A DNA stretch of 64,000 nucleotides from Podarcis bocagei (Eukaryota): NCBI GenBank assembly GCA_964188305.1, contig OZ076890.1, one strand, 5' to 3'. Positions 35,795-47,780 of the stretch are shown here, one piece after another (the first letter of the stretch is position 1; each line of letters begins with the position of its first letter). A model generated the notes under the pieces. The model did not search any database, was not told where the DNA came from, and saw only the letters and a program-made list of their open reading frames with translations. Position numbers and translations under genes: made by a program.

Positions 35795-36780
35795 CTCCTT
35801 GTGGAGAGCAATCCCCAGGCTGGGAGCCACCAGAGAAAGGCCCACTCTCATGTTGTCGCCTTTCAGACCTCTCACAGTGGAGGTACAAGAAGAAGCACCT
35901 CAGATGATGGATGATTGCATGGTCCATGTCTGTTCCTATGGGGAGAGGTGGTCCTTGAGGTATTGCGGTCCTGGACCATTTAAGGCTTTATAGGTCAAAA
36001 CCAGCATTTTGAATGGGGCCCCAGAAACTAATTAACAGTCAGTGCAGTCAGGTCAGGATTGGTGCTCAAACTGTCTTGCCCCAGTGAGCAACCTGGCTAT
36101 TTAATTCTGCACCAGCTGAAGTTTTCCAACTGTCTTCAGAGGCAGACTCACGTATAACGCATTGCAATAATCTAACTTAGAGATCACCAGAGGATAGACA
36201 GCAGAAGTTAGGCTGCTCCTGTCCAGATAGACGTGCAAGTGGGTCACCAGCCAAAGCTGATGGAAGGCACTTCACACTACTGAGGCCACCTGAGTGTCAA
36301 GCAGCAACAAAGGATCCAGGAGTACCCCCAAGCTGCGTACCCACACATTCAGAGGGGTGGAACCCCATCAAGAGCAGGCAACATCCCAACCACCCAGTCT
36401 AGGGAACCACTCACTAATAGTGCTTCAGTCTTATATGGATTGTGCTTCAGTTTATTCATTGTCATCCAATCCATTGCCAAAGCAAGACCACTGCCACACA
36501 TCCTTCACACAGATGTGAAGGAGAAGCAGAGTTCTGAGGTATACTGCTGACAACGTACTCCAAAACTCAGTGGTTTCATGTAGATGTCAATCAGTATGGA
36601 GTATAAAATAGAACCCTGAGGGAACCCCACACTGAAGGTTCTACAGGGCCAAAGAGGGCCCAAGCATCACCCTCTAGAAATGACCATCCAAGTAGGAATG
36701 GAACAACCACTAAACATTGCCACCCACCCATAACTCACACTGCCGCTCCATGAACAAATGACTAATGGAAAGATCTACAA
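35795..36780 (-). mobile_element. L2 LINE ORF2 fragment, decayed
   Basis: Minus strand yields SKLDYCNALYVSLPLKTVGKLQLVQN (36105-36185) and a frameshifted GVPQGSIL-like RT motif near 36605-36632. Confidence 0.8.
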
Positions 36781-38424
36781 ATACTGTGAAAGCATATCAG
36801 ACCAAAGGCTTTATTGTTGTATAAACTATGCACAAAGAAATTGGAACACATGCCCTATAAAGTCCAGACATAATCTAAAGCCCACCTAGGTTTTGTTTAA
36901 GAAAATCAGAATGAATGTTCAATAGATAGGTCATCTGGAGATGTCCTGAGTTTCCACAGATCTTTCCAGAATTTAATAAAAACAGTATTTATAGTTGTTG
37001 TTTTTTAAGTTGGGTGGAGGTGCTTAAGCAACTTGCTATCAACTATTTTCAATATATTGGATTCCAATTGATTTACTAGCCATTTTGTCTTACATAAGGG
37101 TTTTATGTGAAAGGTTGAGGAAGGCACACCAGCTCCCAACTGCTTTCTGATAAAATTAATTGGCCATGAATTTGTTAGTAGTCGAGCCTTGAAGTGGGAC
37201 GAGAATGGAGCACAGGTACATATTATCTTAATGTACAATGATGTGTGAAACGAATCATAGCCTTGTCAACAAGATAATAGTGAATTATATAGTGTTCATG
37301 GTTGAAAGGCAATGTGACAAGCAGACTGGGTGTAGTTTTGTAAAAGCTGCCAATTGACATTTATATTTCAGAAGTGCAAAATAAAGGGAGCCGAAATGTG
37401 TTCATTAAGCAGCAAAGCATAAAAGAGTATGTGGCTTCAATGCAGTGTTCATGAATCCGGAGTTCTTTGTTGAGTGGAGGGCAAGCCTGAGTGGCTTCTC
37501 CTTTAGTTAGGTGCACAATCGTTATAACAGTCAATTCTCTTTCTCTGACAGACACACATTTGACATTAATAGAATTCACCTAAACCCATAATGGGGACAA
37601 GATGCATGAATTTGAATGAGACCTGCAATAAATTGTTTCTGTATTTCGGGACTTAGCCTGATGTTTAAGACACTTAGATATGCTAGTAACATTTTTTTTT
37701 CCACATTAGCAATTAAAAAGCATTCCTGTCAGGATAAAAATGATATCAAGGAGTTTTGCTTGAGGAGTATGATTAGCCACACTTCAAATGATTTAGTTAT
37801 AAAATTACATTCCACAGAGCCTCCCTGTGACAGGAGAAAATAGTGTAAACCTCCCTAAGCTTAGAAAGCCCAAAATGAAAATGAGTGTGTAAACGTACTA
37901 ACTCTTGGGCCTTGAAAAGTTTGTTTAAAAGAAAAGTGAAGCAATATTAGTATCCATTCATTCTCATTGTGGTGGGGAATTGTGGTGGCAACAGGGAAAA
38001 TGATGTGTGGGATTGCACAGAAGGGGCAAAGGAGATTTCTAGGTGGGTGAGCAGTTTCCCATGTTAAGATCTTTGAAAGAAAAATAACCATATAGTTCAA
38101 GTTAAAACAGTCATCCTAAACATATTTTTTCCTGAGATTAGTCATGTACTGTTTCAATTAGGTAGGTGTGTATAAAATATGCATTAACTAATTTCAATAT
38201 TACTGAAAGGAAATAGGCTTTCAGACAAATTTTACTACATATTTCCTTGACATACAAATTAGACAGGACACTTTCTTTAGAAAATAGTTGCTGCTGAACC
38301 AGTGAAGGCAGAACCAGGAATGTAGATTCTCTATAAGGAAAGTAAGAACAAGCTGAGGGCCCTGTACACCTAAGAAACCCAATGCATGTATAACCCAAGT
38401 GTTCAAAAAAACCACACCCCGGGA

Positions 38425-38500
38425 CATGCCATGCTGACCATTTCTAGGAGCCACAGGTGAGAACTGAGTGCAGGGTGGATACCAGAGGTGGACAAACTAC
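38425..38500 (-). mobile_element. Fragment of the RTE-derived element 5' region
   Basis: ATGCTGAC.ATTTCTAGGAGCCACAGGTGAGA.CTGAGTGCAGGGTGG is near-identical to 32117-32165. Confidence 0.75.
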
Positions 38501-40246
38501 ATGCTCTCTAAAGGAACCTCAGTTACATGTCAGTGAACATTTTCTGCCCACCATGCATTTTTGCAATTTCAAAGCCATTTAAACTACAATTTGGGCCTCT
38601 TCCAGACAAACTGTTTAATGAACATTGAACTTGATTGGTTGCTACTTATTGATTTATTGATTTGCAGGAAGGTTACATCACCCCACACCCCACAATCACT
38701 ATCCCACACTTTCCAGTACATTTTCCTGTCACTTTCCTTACTGCGAAAGGACCATTGAGAAGAGCAGGTTCCTTGGGCAAGAGCAACAAATCTGGTTTAA
38801 CTGTACAACCTGGATTTGCCATTGCACAAGTCAATTCCACCCGCAAAATATTGACTGCCTGGAAAGCACCTTGGCATTGATAAATTCCAGAACTTATATG
38901 TTACTGGCCTTTGGAGACTGCTTTTTCTGAAGCAACTCTCCCTCTTCCTGTGATATATCATCACAGGAAGGAAAAGACAGTGGGATGATTAGTGAAACAA
39001 AAAGAGAAAAGGTCAGGTTTCAGGACCTTTTCATTCCTATTCTAAGGTGCATGACGCACTGGCTGCCAGCATTCAGTCATCTTATAGCTAATGAATCACT
39101 TAAAATGATAAAACTAAGCAACTAGCTGCGTCCTTGATTGTGTGGGGGAAATGCAAGGGAAATTTTTTCAAACAACTAATTGTTCCTGTTTTGAACTGTA
39201 GTTATATCAAAGCTAATGACTAACTGCTTGAGAATGTTGATTTTCAATGGAAATAAAAGCTGACTGTGAGTATTGACAATACTGGCATTATATCTCTTCA
39301 TTTAAATAAGGATTGTGTGACCTTTTATTTTCAGAGATGGGATCGGTGTGGTGTTACTGCTCTTAGGCACATTGCTGGTGCTACATAATGAAAAGAGTTG
39401 CATGCCTTGATGCTCTATAACACAGGTGACTTATTGGGAGGTGTGTTCTTTTCATTTCCAGTAAGCCCTGCTTTGATCGCTTATCTTTTTCACCCAAGCA
39501 ACTGTGAGTCACTTAGACAACACATCACATCACATCCTTGTGGATCCTCAGTATTTTGGAGGACAGGGTGCATAGACAACTGTTGGATATTTGTTGTGAA
39601 TTATGTGGGTTGATCCAGAAGTGGTTGTAAGGGAGCATGACCAGTTCATTTGCACTGGGCATGGAACCTTGGGGAGAATGCCACAACTATGCTTTAGAAT
39701 GGAGCATGAGAATTGGAGGGTGCTGAATTTTGGCATCACACAGGGCACCACTGAAATTTGAGAACCCAAGTGTTCTTCCCGAACAGGGTTCAGTTATTTA
39801 GCGATAGCAAATCTCTGTGTTAGTATTAGGGAGAAAGAATAACAATGCTGGCCCTCTGAGATAAGATAGTGTCCCCCCACCCCAATTTTATACCTCAAGC
39901 CAGGTTGGGAAAATACCTCCCTTCTATTGGCTCTGGTCAGAGCAGGAAGAAACCTCCTTTCCTCCTTTGTAATCTAGTGGCAGTCTAGTTATGGCAAACC
40001 AAAGAAAAAGGGTGAACTCACTTTGTCCTTACAGAGCTCCACAGAAAACTTCATAAAAAGCTTCTAACCATCTTCATTCAGAGCCATAGAACAGCCTATT
40101 GGAATGTGAGTAATATTTCTACATGTGCCTTGATTATCTCTAATACATCTATGTATGAGAGCTTTGTGGAGTCTTATTGATACTATCCAGAAAGAAAACC
40201 TCCATACGGAACACCAAGGTCTGCCATTAGTTAGGCTTAGGCTTTG

Positions 40247-40668
40247 TAGGAATGGGCAAATCTGTAAATTTCATTTTTCCCCCTCAATTCCTCATTATTT
40301 ATAACTTCAGTTCTGTACATTTCCACACAGTTTATGATGGCTTTTTTTTTTTAAAGAGTCTTCATGGAAATTCAGCAGAATTTTAATCCTAGTTCCTCCT
40401 AATGCATACATTTTTTGCAAAACAATTTCCCCTACTATAATGTACTTTGTATGCTATTTTTACTAATATGTGATTCCCCCCCCCAACACTTTCTCCTAGT
40501 TTATACATTTTTCTACACATGACTAGGCTGCAGAACTGCATTTCAACATTCAGACAAGTGAAAATTTGAGAGATGGCTATGCTTCAGTTCATGCATTGTT
40601 TCAGAAAGTGTGAATTAGGTAGGTTCACTTTTAAATGCAAACGGAATTGAATTTCTCCCTCATCCCTA
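40247..40668. mobile_element. AGGGATG...CATCCCT-ended MITE-like repeat, complete copy
   Basis: Termini TAGGAATGGG / CCTCATCCCTA form a short IR; homologous to the 3355, 28095 and 45888 copies. Confidence 0.65.
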
Positions 40669-41637
40669 ATTCTTTATGCTCAATAACAGGATCTCACAAA
40701 TTGTGTGTGTGTGTGTAGTGAGAGAGTTAATGGTGTCTATGTTGAAACAGAAATGTTCTGGTTATTCCTGTTTTATGAAGGACCTAGTTCTCATTTATCA
40801 TTTGTTTTGGTATTAGACAAAGTAATAAATATATTTTTCAAATACAAAATGATGTTTTCCAAGCCACAAAGCTGTATTTCTCAATTAAGCAAATATTCTG
40901 GATTCCTTTCTAAATCCCAATGGGAATGCCTTGGTTTATGGTTATGAAATGCTTCAGTGTTAGCCTCTTAGCATACTGAAATCCATAAATTTAAAAAGAG
41001 CACAGCTTTGGTTGTTAGCAGGTTGCCTCAGTCCTGCATCATATTCTTTTTCTCTCAAAAGAATCACTGGACTTTGTTGCTTGTCATGGAAGCCAACCCA
41101 ACAGAAAAAAGGGAACTCTTTCTGAAGACTGAATCTGAAAGACTTTCACAGCTATGATTTAAGTAAAGCACTTCATCTCTTTAGGTAGATGGAGCTCAGG
41201 AAGATTAATAAAGCCAAGAAAAGGATCATCTTCAGAAGATATCGCATCTCTGTCAGCCCCTCTATAGGAATCACAATGTGTGCACCAGAGTGCAATGAGG
41301 AAATATAATCCTTTTTTTGAAATCATTCAATGAATTGTGTTGAACCATGTATTCAGTGGAGCTGCTATGACAATTCACTCCATCTCACATCTGAGCATCT
41401 TTCTTCACAACGGCCAAGTTGAAATCTTTCTGAATTTTGGGCTGTCGGAATCATATCCAACTATAGTTGACTGAGCCAACTTTACTGAAACTTTTGGTTC
41501 TGCTCTCATGTAAGATGCTCCCAATAAGAGGGAACACTTGCAACACAGATTTAAAGTCCCCTCATCCTGGTCATCCACATGCATGGTCAATGGGAACCTT
41601 GAGGGAAGGAAACATCAATGCAGATACTGGTCTACAA

Positions 41638-41764
41638 CAGGGTGGGGGGAAACCTGTAACCTCCACATGTTGTTAAACTACAACTCTAATCATCCCTGAT
41701 CATGGGCTTGGTTGTTAGGCACTGGAGCCCAATGGCATTTGAGGGCTACAGTTTCCTACCCTGA
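41638..41764. mobile_element. Degraded hAT-type MITE
   Basis: CAGGGTGGGGGAAACCTGTAACCTCCA...GAGGGCTACAGTTTCCTACCCTG terminal inverted repeats. Confidence 0.65.
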
Positions 41765-43962
41765 TCTTCAAGGAAGTGGGGGCATGCAAAATGCCATAGA
41801 TTGTGGCACATTAGGACCTGCCCCCTCCAAATATTGCTTCCAGCTCCACTGGTTCTGGACTGAGATTAGAAGCAAGGAATGTCCTATGTGTCCATGATCA
41901 AGACTTTCTTACCTAGAGCTATGGCATTTAAAATCCATATTGCAGTTGATTTCAATTGGATGCTATTTGCTGTATAGTGATAAAACATTGCTAAGATGGG
42001 ACATTGGCTACTGATGCCTGTCATGTGCCTCTTCTGCCTTGGCAATAGAAGAGCATGCTCTCCTCCTTCTCTTAGAATAATCACATTTGTTAGCACTCAT
42101 CTTATGCTAAAATGCTATTACTGCTGACTTGGGGTGGGTAAGGGATGAAGAAAGATGGTAATAATGACCCCACCCAGAAGTATTTGAAAGAAATGATAGA
42201 AGGAACCTCAAAACTGCAAAGTGTCAATTTGTAAGTGTGCACAGTGCAGATGTGTATATTGACATATTTGTTCAGGACTATTTTGTCCTTCAATCTACTG
42301 TTAAATTGTCTAATTGGAAGTGACTTATCTCTTTGTTCACTGCATACAGTAGTGGGAGTAATTACTACCACAATGGCTGTTACTTGGAAAATATCTCTTA
42401 TTATGGCACTGCAATAGGCTTGATAGGCTAAAGTGATGTCTTATGAAGCAAAAGGTATAACAATCTTTTTGCTGGCATCTGCTTGGGTATAAACCTATGA
42501 AAATTATCTATGGCAAGACAATATAAATTATTCTTTATAATTTAACACATTTCTATGCTGCCCTATAGACAACCTCCTCTTTGGACAGCTCGCAAATTTA
42601 AAATACTGCTCTGCATTTAATCTGTAGCCCTGTCTTCAAGAAGCAGAGGCTTAAGCTAAGCCTTGCTTATTAAAACACCTTAGCTTTTTTAAATATCCAG
42701 AGTAAAAAATGAGGCATGTGCAGACTGACATAGGTTACTGAATCCAGTATCTCATTGAATGCTGGGTTTAAAAAGAATTAAACATTTATGCAATTAGAGA
42801 AGGTTTGGATAATAGTTATTTATAGCTTTAAAGACACGGTCTGTCCCATCTTTAAGACTCAGAAAAATTGTCAGTGCTTCCTTATCTCACTCATTTGCAC
42901 AACAGCACTGTGACCTAAATCCCAGCTATTCCATTTTTTACATATGGAAAGCTGACAGGGAGGTCATCCACTGAATCAGTAATCTGCAACTGGAATTGGA
43001 TTGCAGGCTTCACACACACAGCACATGCTATTGGAAAAGAAGACGACTGTGGCTGCGTACACAGGATACATTTATAAAGCACATAGCTTCCCTCAAAGAA
43101 TTCTGGGCACTGTAACTCATCCTTCACAAAGTTACAATTCTCAGCATTCTTAACAAGCTACAGTTCCCAGGATTCTTTAGAAGCAGTCATGTGTAAGTCA
43201 AGCACTATATGGTGTATGTATACTGGAGTAGGGTGGGGCAGCGTTCTTTTCTATGACGGGCCATTGATGCAAGGGGAAGGGCAGGAATCAGTCAGGAAGC
43301 AGATTTACTAGTAGTCAAGGTCAATGCCAAAACAATTCTCTAACTCCTTCAAGGGGAAACGTTGCTACAATCACTAATGGCAAACCTAGAAGCTGTATGC
43401 TAGTGGTGGGTGTGGCCCAAACTGGGCGTGGCTGCTCTGTGCTTTTGCATACACAGAAAGACGTGGACAGAGAACTTTGGATACATCCCCTAGTCACCCA
43501 CAAATTTAGAATTCCAGTATCTGATCTCTTATATATGGAGGGTTCTTGGTACCCTATGAAGATGCTCCTATCTGTTTAGCTATCATTGTCTCATCCCCTT
43601 CCAGCGCTGTCTCCACTTGCAGCCATTCTGCTTGGCTGCATCAGAGGGAGAGATGAGACCTCTCTACTGGCCTGGTACAACCACTTGCCAGTTGGCTCCT
43701 GCATTCATAAAATGGTCATGCTATGTTTATTTCCTTATTTTCCTTTTCCCTCTCTCTTTTAACTTCTGTGTCACATCTGTTAAATCCCAACCCAAGTTAA
43801 ATACACGGCATTGCAATGCAATGTGATAAAATATTTTAAACTGTGAACTGCCTTGAGTGGTAAGGGGAGAGAGACTGTATATAAATGTAGAATTTTTTTA
43901 ATGCATTCCAAATCTACCGAGGAAAGGTCATCTTCATATGACTTGCTTTTAATTAATTATGT

Positions 43963-44501
43963 TTGGACTACGGCAATGTGCTCTATGTGGGGCTACCTTT
44001 GAAGCTGACCTGGAAACTACAACTAATCCAGAATGCAGCTGCTAGCCTGGTGACTGGGAGCGGCTGCCGAGACCACATAACACTGTTCTTGAAAGATTTA
44101 CATTGGCTTCCAGTACATTTCTGAGCTGACCTTTAAAGCTCTAAATGGCCTCGGTCCAGTATACCTGAAGGAGCGTCTCCACCCCCATCATTCTACCCGG
44201 ACACTGAGGTCCAGCACCGAGGGCCTTCTGGCGGTTCCCTCACTGCGAGAAGCCAAGTTACAGGGAACCAGGCAGAGGGCCTTCTCGGTAGTGGCACCTG
44301 CCCTGTGGAAAACCCTCCCACCAGATGTCAAAGAGAAAACAACTACCAGACTTTTAGAAGACAACTGAAGGCAGCCCTGTTTAGGGAAGCTTTTAATGTT
44401 TGACAGACTACTGTATTTTAATATTTTGTTGGAAGCCACCCAGAGTGGCTGGAGAAACCCAGCCAGATGGGCGGGGTATAAATAATAAATGATGATGATG
44501 A
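43963..44501 (+). mobile_element. L2 LINE 3' end
   Basis: Translates LDYGNVLYVGLPLKLTWKLQLIQNAAASLVTG...HITLFLKDLHWLPV, followed by an L2 3' UTR ending GATGGGCGGGGTATAAATAATAAAT. Confidence 0.9.
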
Positions 44502-45166
44502 TACTTTGTTTTAGGAGACTTGTGAACTTGATTAATCTGGGGGACTTTAACTGAGGGTGCTTTTCTGAAGCACAATATTTAGTAAAGTGTTTTCTAGAAG
44601 CATTCGTTGAACATTTTGGAAGTTAAATTGAAGCTGCAAATATGGTAATGTAGTTTATACATATAGAAATCTATGTCTATATATCAATTGCCCAAACCAT
44701 AAATAGTCAAGGTAACTGTACAGATGATTTATCAAAACCAGCCAGAAGCAGAAGTAGTAATAGCAAGAAATACATGGTGAGCCAGTTATCCAAAAGAACA
44801 TGAAATTATATTTCCTTGCCTTGCTGTGCATTTATCTTGGGTTAATGAGAACTTTGTTTTTGTCTTGTTTGTTATATCTACATGAAGCACAGCTGGGTTT
44901 CCGCCAATAAGTTATTACTCTGACAGCACAGGCCTAGGCATGTTTACTCAGAAGTAAGCCCCACTGAGCTCAATTGGATGTACTGCCTAGTTAGTAATGT
45001 ATGCAGACAGATGTCCCTCATTAATCCTGACAAACTGCCATCTTGAGTGATAAATGTAGGTGTATTCCACACCCTCTCCTACACAGCTTTGCTCTCTAGC
45101 AGTTTCACCTTCCCTGCTTGCTCTTTTCACAGTCTTCTTGTTCCAAGTATCATATACACATGAGGC

Positions 45167-45398
45167 ATAAGAATCTGCATTAAACTGAGTCAGACCATTG
45201 GTCCATCTAGGTCAGTATTGCCTACCCTTACTGGCAGTCAGACCATTGGTCCATCTAGGTCAGTATTGCCTACACTTACTGGCAGCAGTTCGCTGGGGTT
45301 TGAGACAGAAAACACTCCATCCTACCTAGAGATGCAGGAGATTGAACATGGGGCATTCAACATGCAAAGCAGATGCTCTACCAGTGAGGTATGGCCTT
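45167..45398 (-). mobile_element. tRNA-head / CR1-tail SINE with internal 48-bp tandem duplication
   Basis: Minus-strand head GGCCATACCTCACTGGTAGAGCATCTGCTTTGCATG...GTTCAATCTCC; CR1-like tail CTAGATGGACCAATGGTCTGACTCAG...TTCTTATG. Confidence 0.7.
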
Positions 45399-46159
45399 TC
45401 TCAAAGACAGCTCTTAGACCATTTTCCCAGGTCTGATTTGTGACAGATTAGAATACACATAGGGCAGTACAGAAATGTTGTGCCTATACAGATTTACTGA
45501 GGAAACCAAATGCATGTCAGAGACCTGATGGAATCTGGGATAGAGCAGGTGATGTCAAGGGCAATGTACTACAAGGAATGTGAGCAAAGACCAGGCTACA
45601 TAGGACCCTGTTGTTCTGTAGTTTAGACCCACCTGTAGCTAGGACCTACTGGGAAAGATAAACTCCCTCAATTTCAATGGCAAACTCATTTCACGCACTA
45701 TGTTGTGGTATTGGGAAGACACCCTTGGATTTTATTATGTAATTTCTGAAGATGTTCATCTGAAAACTAAATTGGTCAAGATTTCATTGTCTTAGATTGT
45801 AAACTTCACTGCTTAGGAATAAGCTAGATGTGATATTATTCATGTCCTTAGAAGAGTCATAGTGGTGAGAAGTTGAATTGTCAGCATTATGGATGGGGGA
45901 AGGGATTTGGTTCAGCTCCATCTCATTTGCACTTCCCAGAACAACATGCAAACCAAAGCATAGCTGCCCTTCAAAACTAGCACTTCTCTGAAACCCATCT
46001 GAAAAATACACATCTGGAAAATGTGCATATCAGAGGGAAATATGCATATAAATGCATTTATAAGGGAAATAGCTTACAGGAATGCAGTGTATTAGGGAAA
46101 TTTGATTGCAGAGATGTGCATATGAGGTAAAATTGCATACACAATGTGTAGATCAGGAG

Positions 46160-46806
46160 CAGAAGTGTGAACACATAGGCAGAGCCAATCCACTCTTGGC
46201 CATCTGTTTCCGCTGCATCAACCTTTCTGCCACCTCACCCCTAGTAAACAGCAGTCACTCAGCTGGTGGCAGGTCAGGTCCACTACTAATTAGGACAGCG
46301 GTTCTCAACCTGTGGGTCCCCAGATGTTGTTGAACTACAATTCCCATCACCCCTAGCTAGCAAGGCCAGAGCTCAGGGATGATGGGAGTTGTAGTCCAAC
46401 AACATTAACATCTGGGAACCCACAGGTTGAGAACCGCTGGATTAGGAGAATGACTGCTCCCCACATCAAATGGGGTGTGTACTTTGCATGGACGCGCGCA
46501 GCACCCCTGATCCTACACAGCTCCTAGCATTATTGCCTGGCATCGCCCCCCCAGGCTGGATTCCTGGAGGTTCCCGCCCAACCTTGGACAGTCAACCAAT
46601 CCTGGTGGGGGAGGTATTGCCAGGGGAGTTGGCCAGGTAGGGGGTGGGACTTCCCTACCCACACAATAGAGAGTGGCCCAAGGCCTAAGCCAAGGTCTCC
46701 CTACACCTGAATCTTAAATAAAGTTGTGGTCAATTTTAATCCCATAACACAGTGTCGCGTGTCTTTATTCCACACGGGGGGGGGGGGTCTCCGCCTGTCT
46801 GCGCAA
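46160..46806 (+). mobile_element. Unclassified GC-richer element ending AATAAAGTTGTGG...GTGTC.CGTGT.TTTATTC...TGCGCAA (possibly DIRS/Ngaro-derived)
   Basis: Inserted into the surrounding repeat; 3' motif series shared with 50901-51260. The family assignment comes from memory of similar ends and is unverified. Confidence 0.5.
46296..46439. mobile_element. hAT MITE with 8-bp TSD
   Basis: TIR CAGCGGTTCTCAACCTGTGGGT / ACCCACAGGTTGAGAACCGCTG; TSD AATTAGGA / GATTAGGA. Confidence 0.92.
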
Positions 46807-47677
46807 ATACACACTAAAATTCTGGTGGACTTTACAGGGGATGGGGGATTGCAAACTGGATATGTGGCAAACTAGATTTAAGATTGGAAAAATGGAGAGA
46901 ATCTAAAAATTGACAAATTTACCAACCCCTAGCCAGCCTGAGGAGGTTTGAGATACTTTGGAACCATGGTGTGGCAAGAGGCAACTTTATCTCCTCTGTG
47001 TCCCCACCATGATCCTCGTTGGAAATCCCCTCCACTTTCAGCTTGCAACATCAGTTTGTATCATTGAACACTGATGAAGCCACTGTGAAGCGTTTTTTTG
47101 GCATGCTGACTCGTGTTGTGAATACTGAAACAAACCTTGAGAAAGTAGCTTGCCACCTTGTGACTCACCCCATATTTCAAAGCGTAGGTGGTGAGTCCAG
47201 CTGTTGGAGCACTGACCAGACTGCTAAAACTGTCAACTAGCAGTGATTTATTTCATTGGCGCAACATCTGAACAAAGGTATAAATCAGCCGGCCCTTTGT
47301 TCTAGGGGAGAGGTGTGTGGTAACATCTGGATAATCTGATATAAATTTAAGGAGGAGGTCAGCCAATAAACTGTACTAGTCTCAGGCCGGATCCTTTGAG
47401 AGCAATCTATTTTATATATAGTAAAAATGTTTTAAATAAACAAATTGAAATAAAATATAGCTGGACTTGGGTCCAACCCTGGATTTAGGAAATCATAATT
47501 GTTTGGGTACATATTTCAGAACAGATCCAGTATAATCCAGAATGGATCTAAAATTGGTCCTGACTATACCAGAACGATGTCATCCCCTTGAAGCCAAGAC
47601 CAAGAAGTTTCTAGGGAAGCTTTGGCCTTCAGGCTGCAAACCAGGCCAAATATACTTGCCCCTATGTGTGACAATTT

Positions 47678-47780
47678 CATAGACTTACAGAATCATAAAG
47701 TTGGAAGGGACCCCATGGATCATCTAGTCCAACCTGCTGTAATGCAGGAATATGGGGATCAAACCCATGACCTTGGCATT
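47678..47780 (-). mobile_element. Short CR1-tailed SINE/LINE fragment
   Basis: AGAATCATAAAGTTGGAAGGGACCCC...ATCATCTAGTCCAACC is an antisense CR1 3' end, followed by a tRNA B-box-like GGGATCAAACCC. Confidence 0.7.

Larger units (their letters stand above)
45888..46931. repeat. AGGGATG...CATCCCT-family repeat interrupted by nested insertions
   Basis: Family sequence breaks after ...TGTGTAGATCAGGAG (46159) and resumes at ATACACACTAAAAT (46807). Confidence 0.6.
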
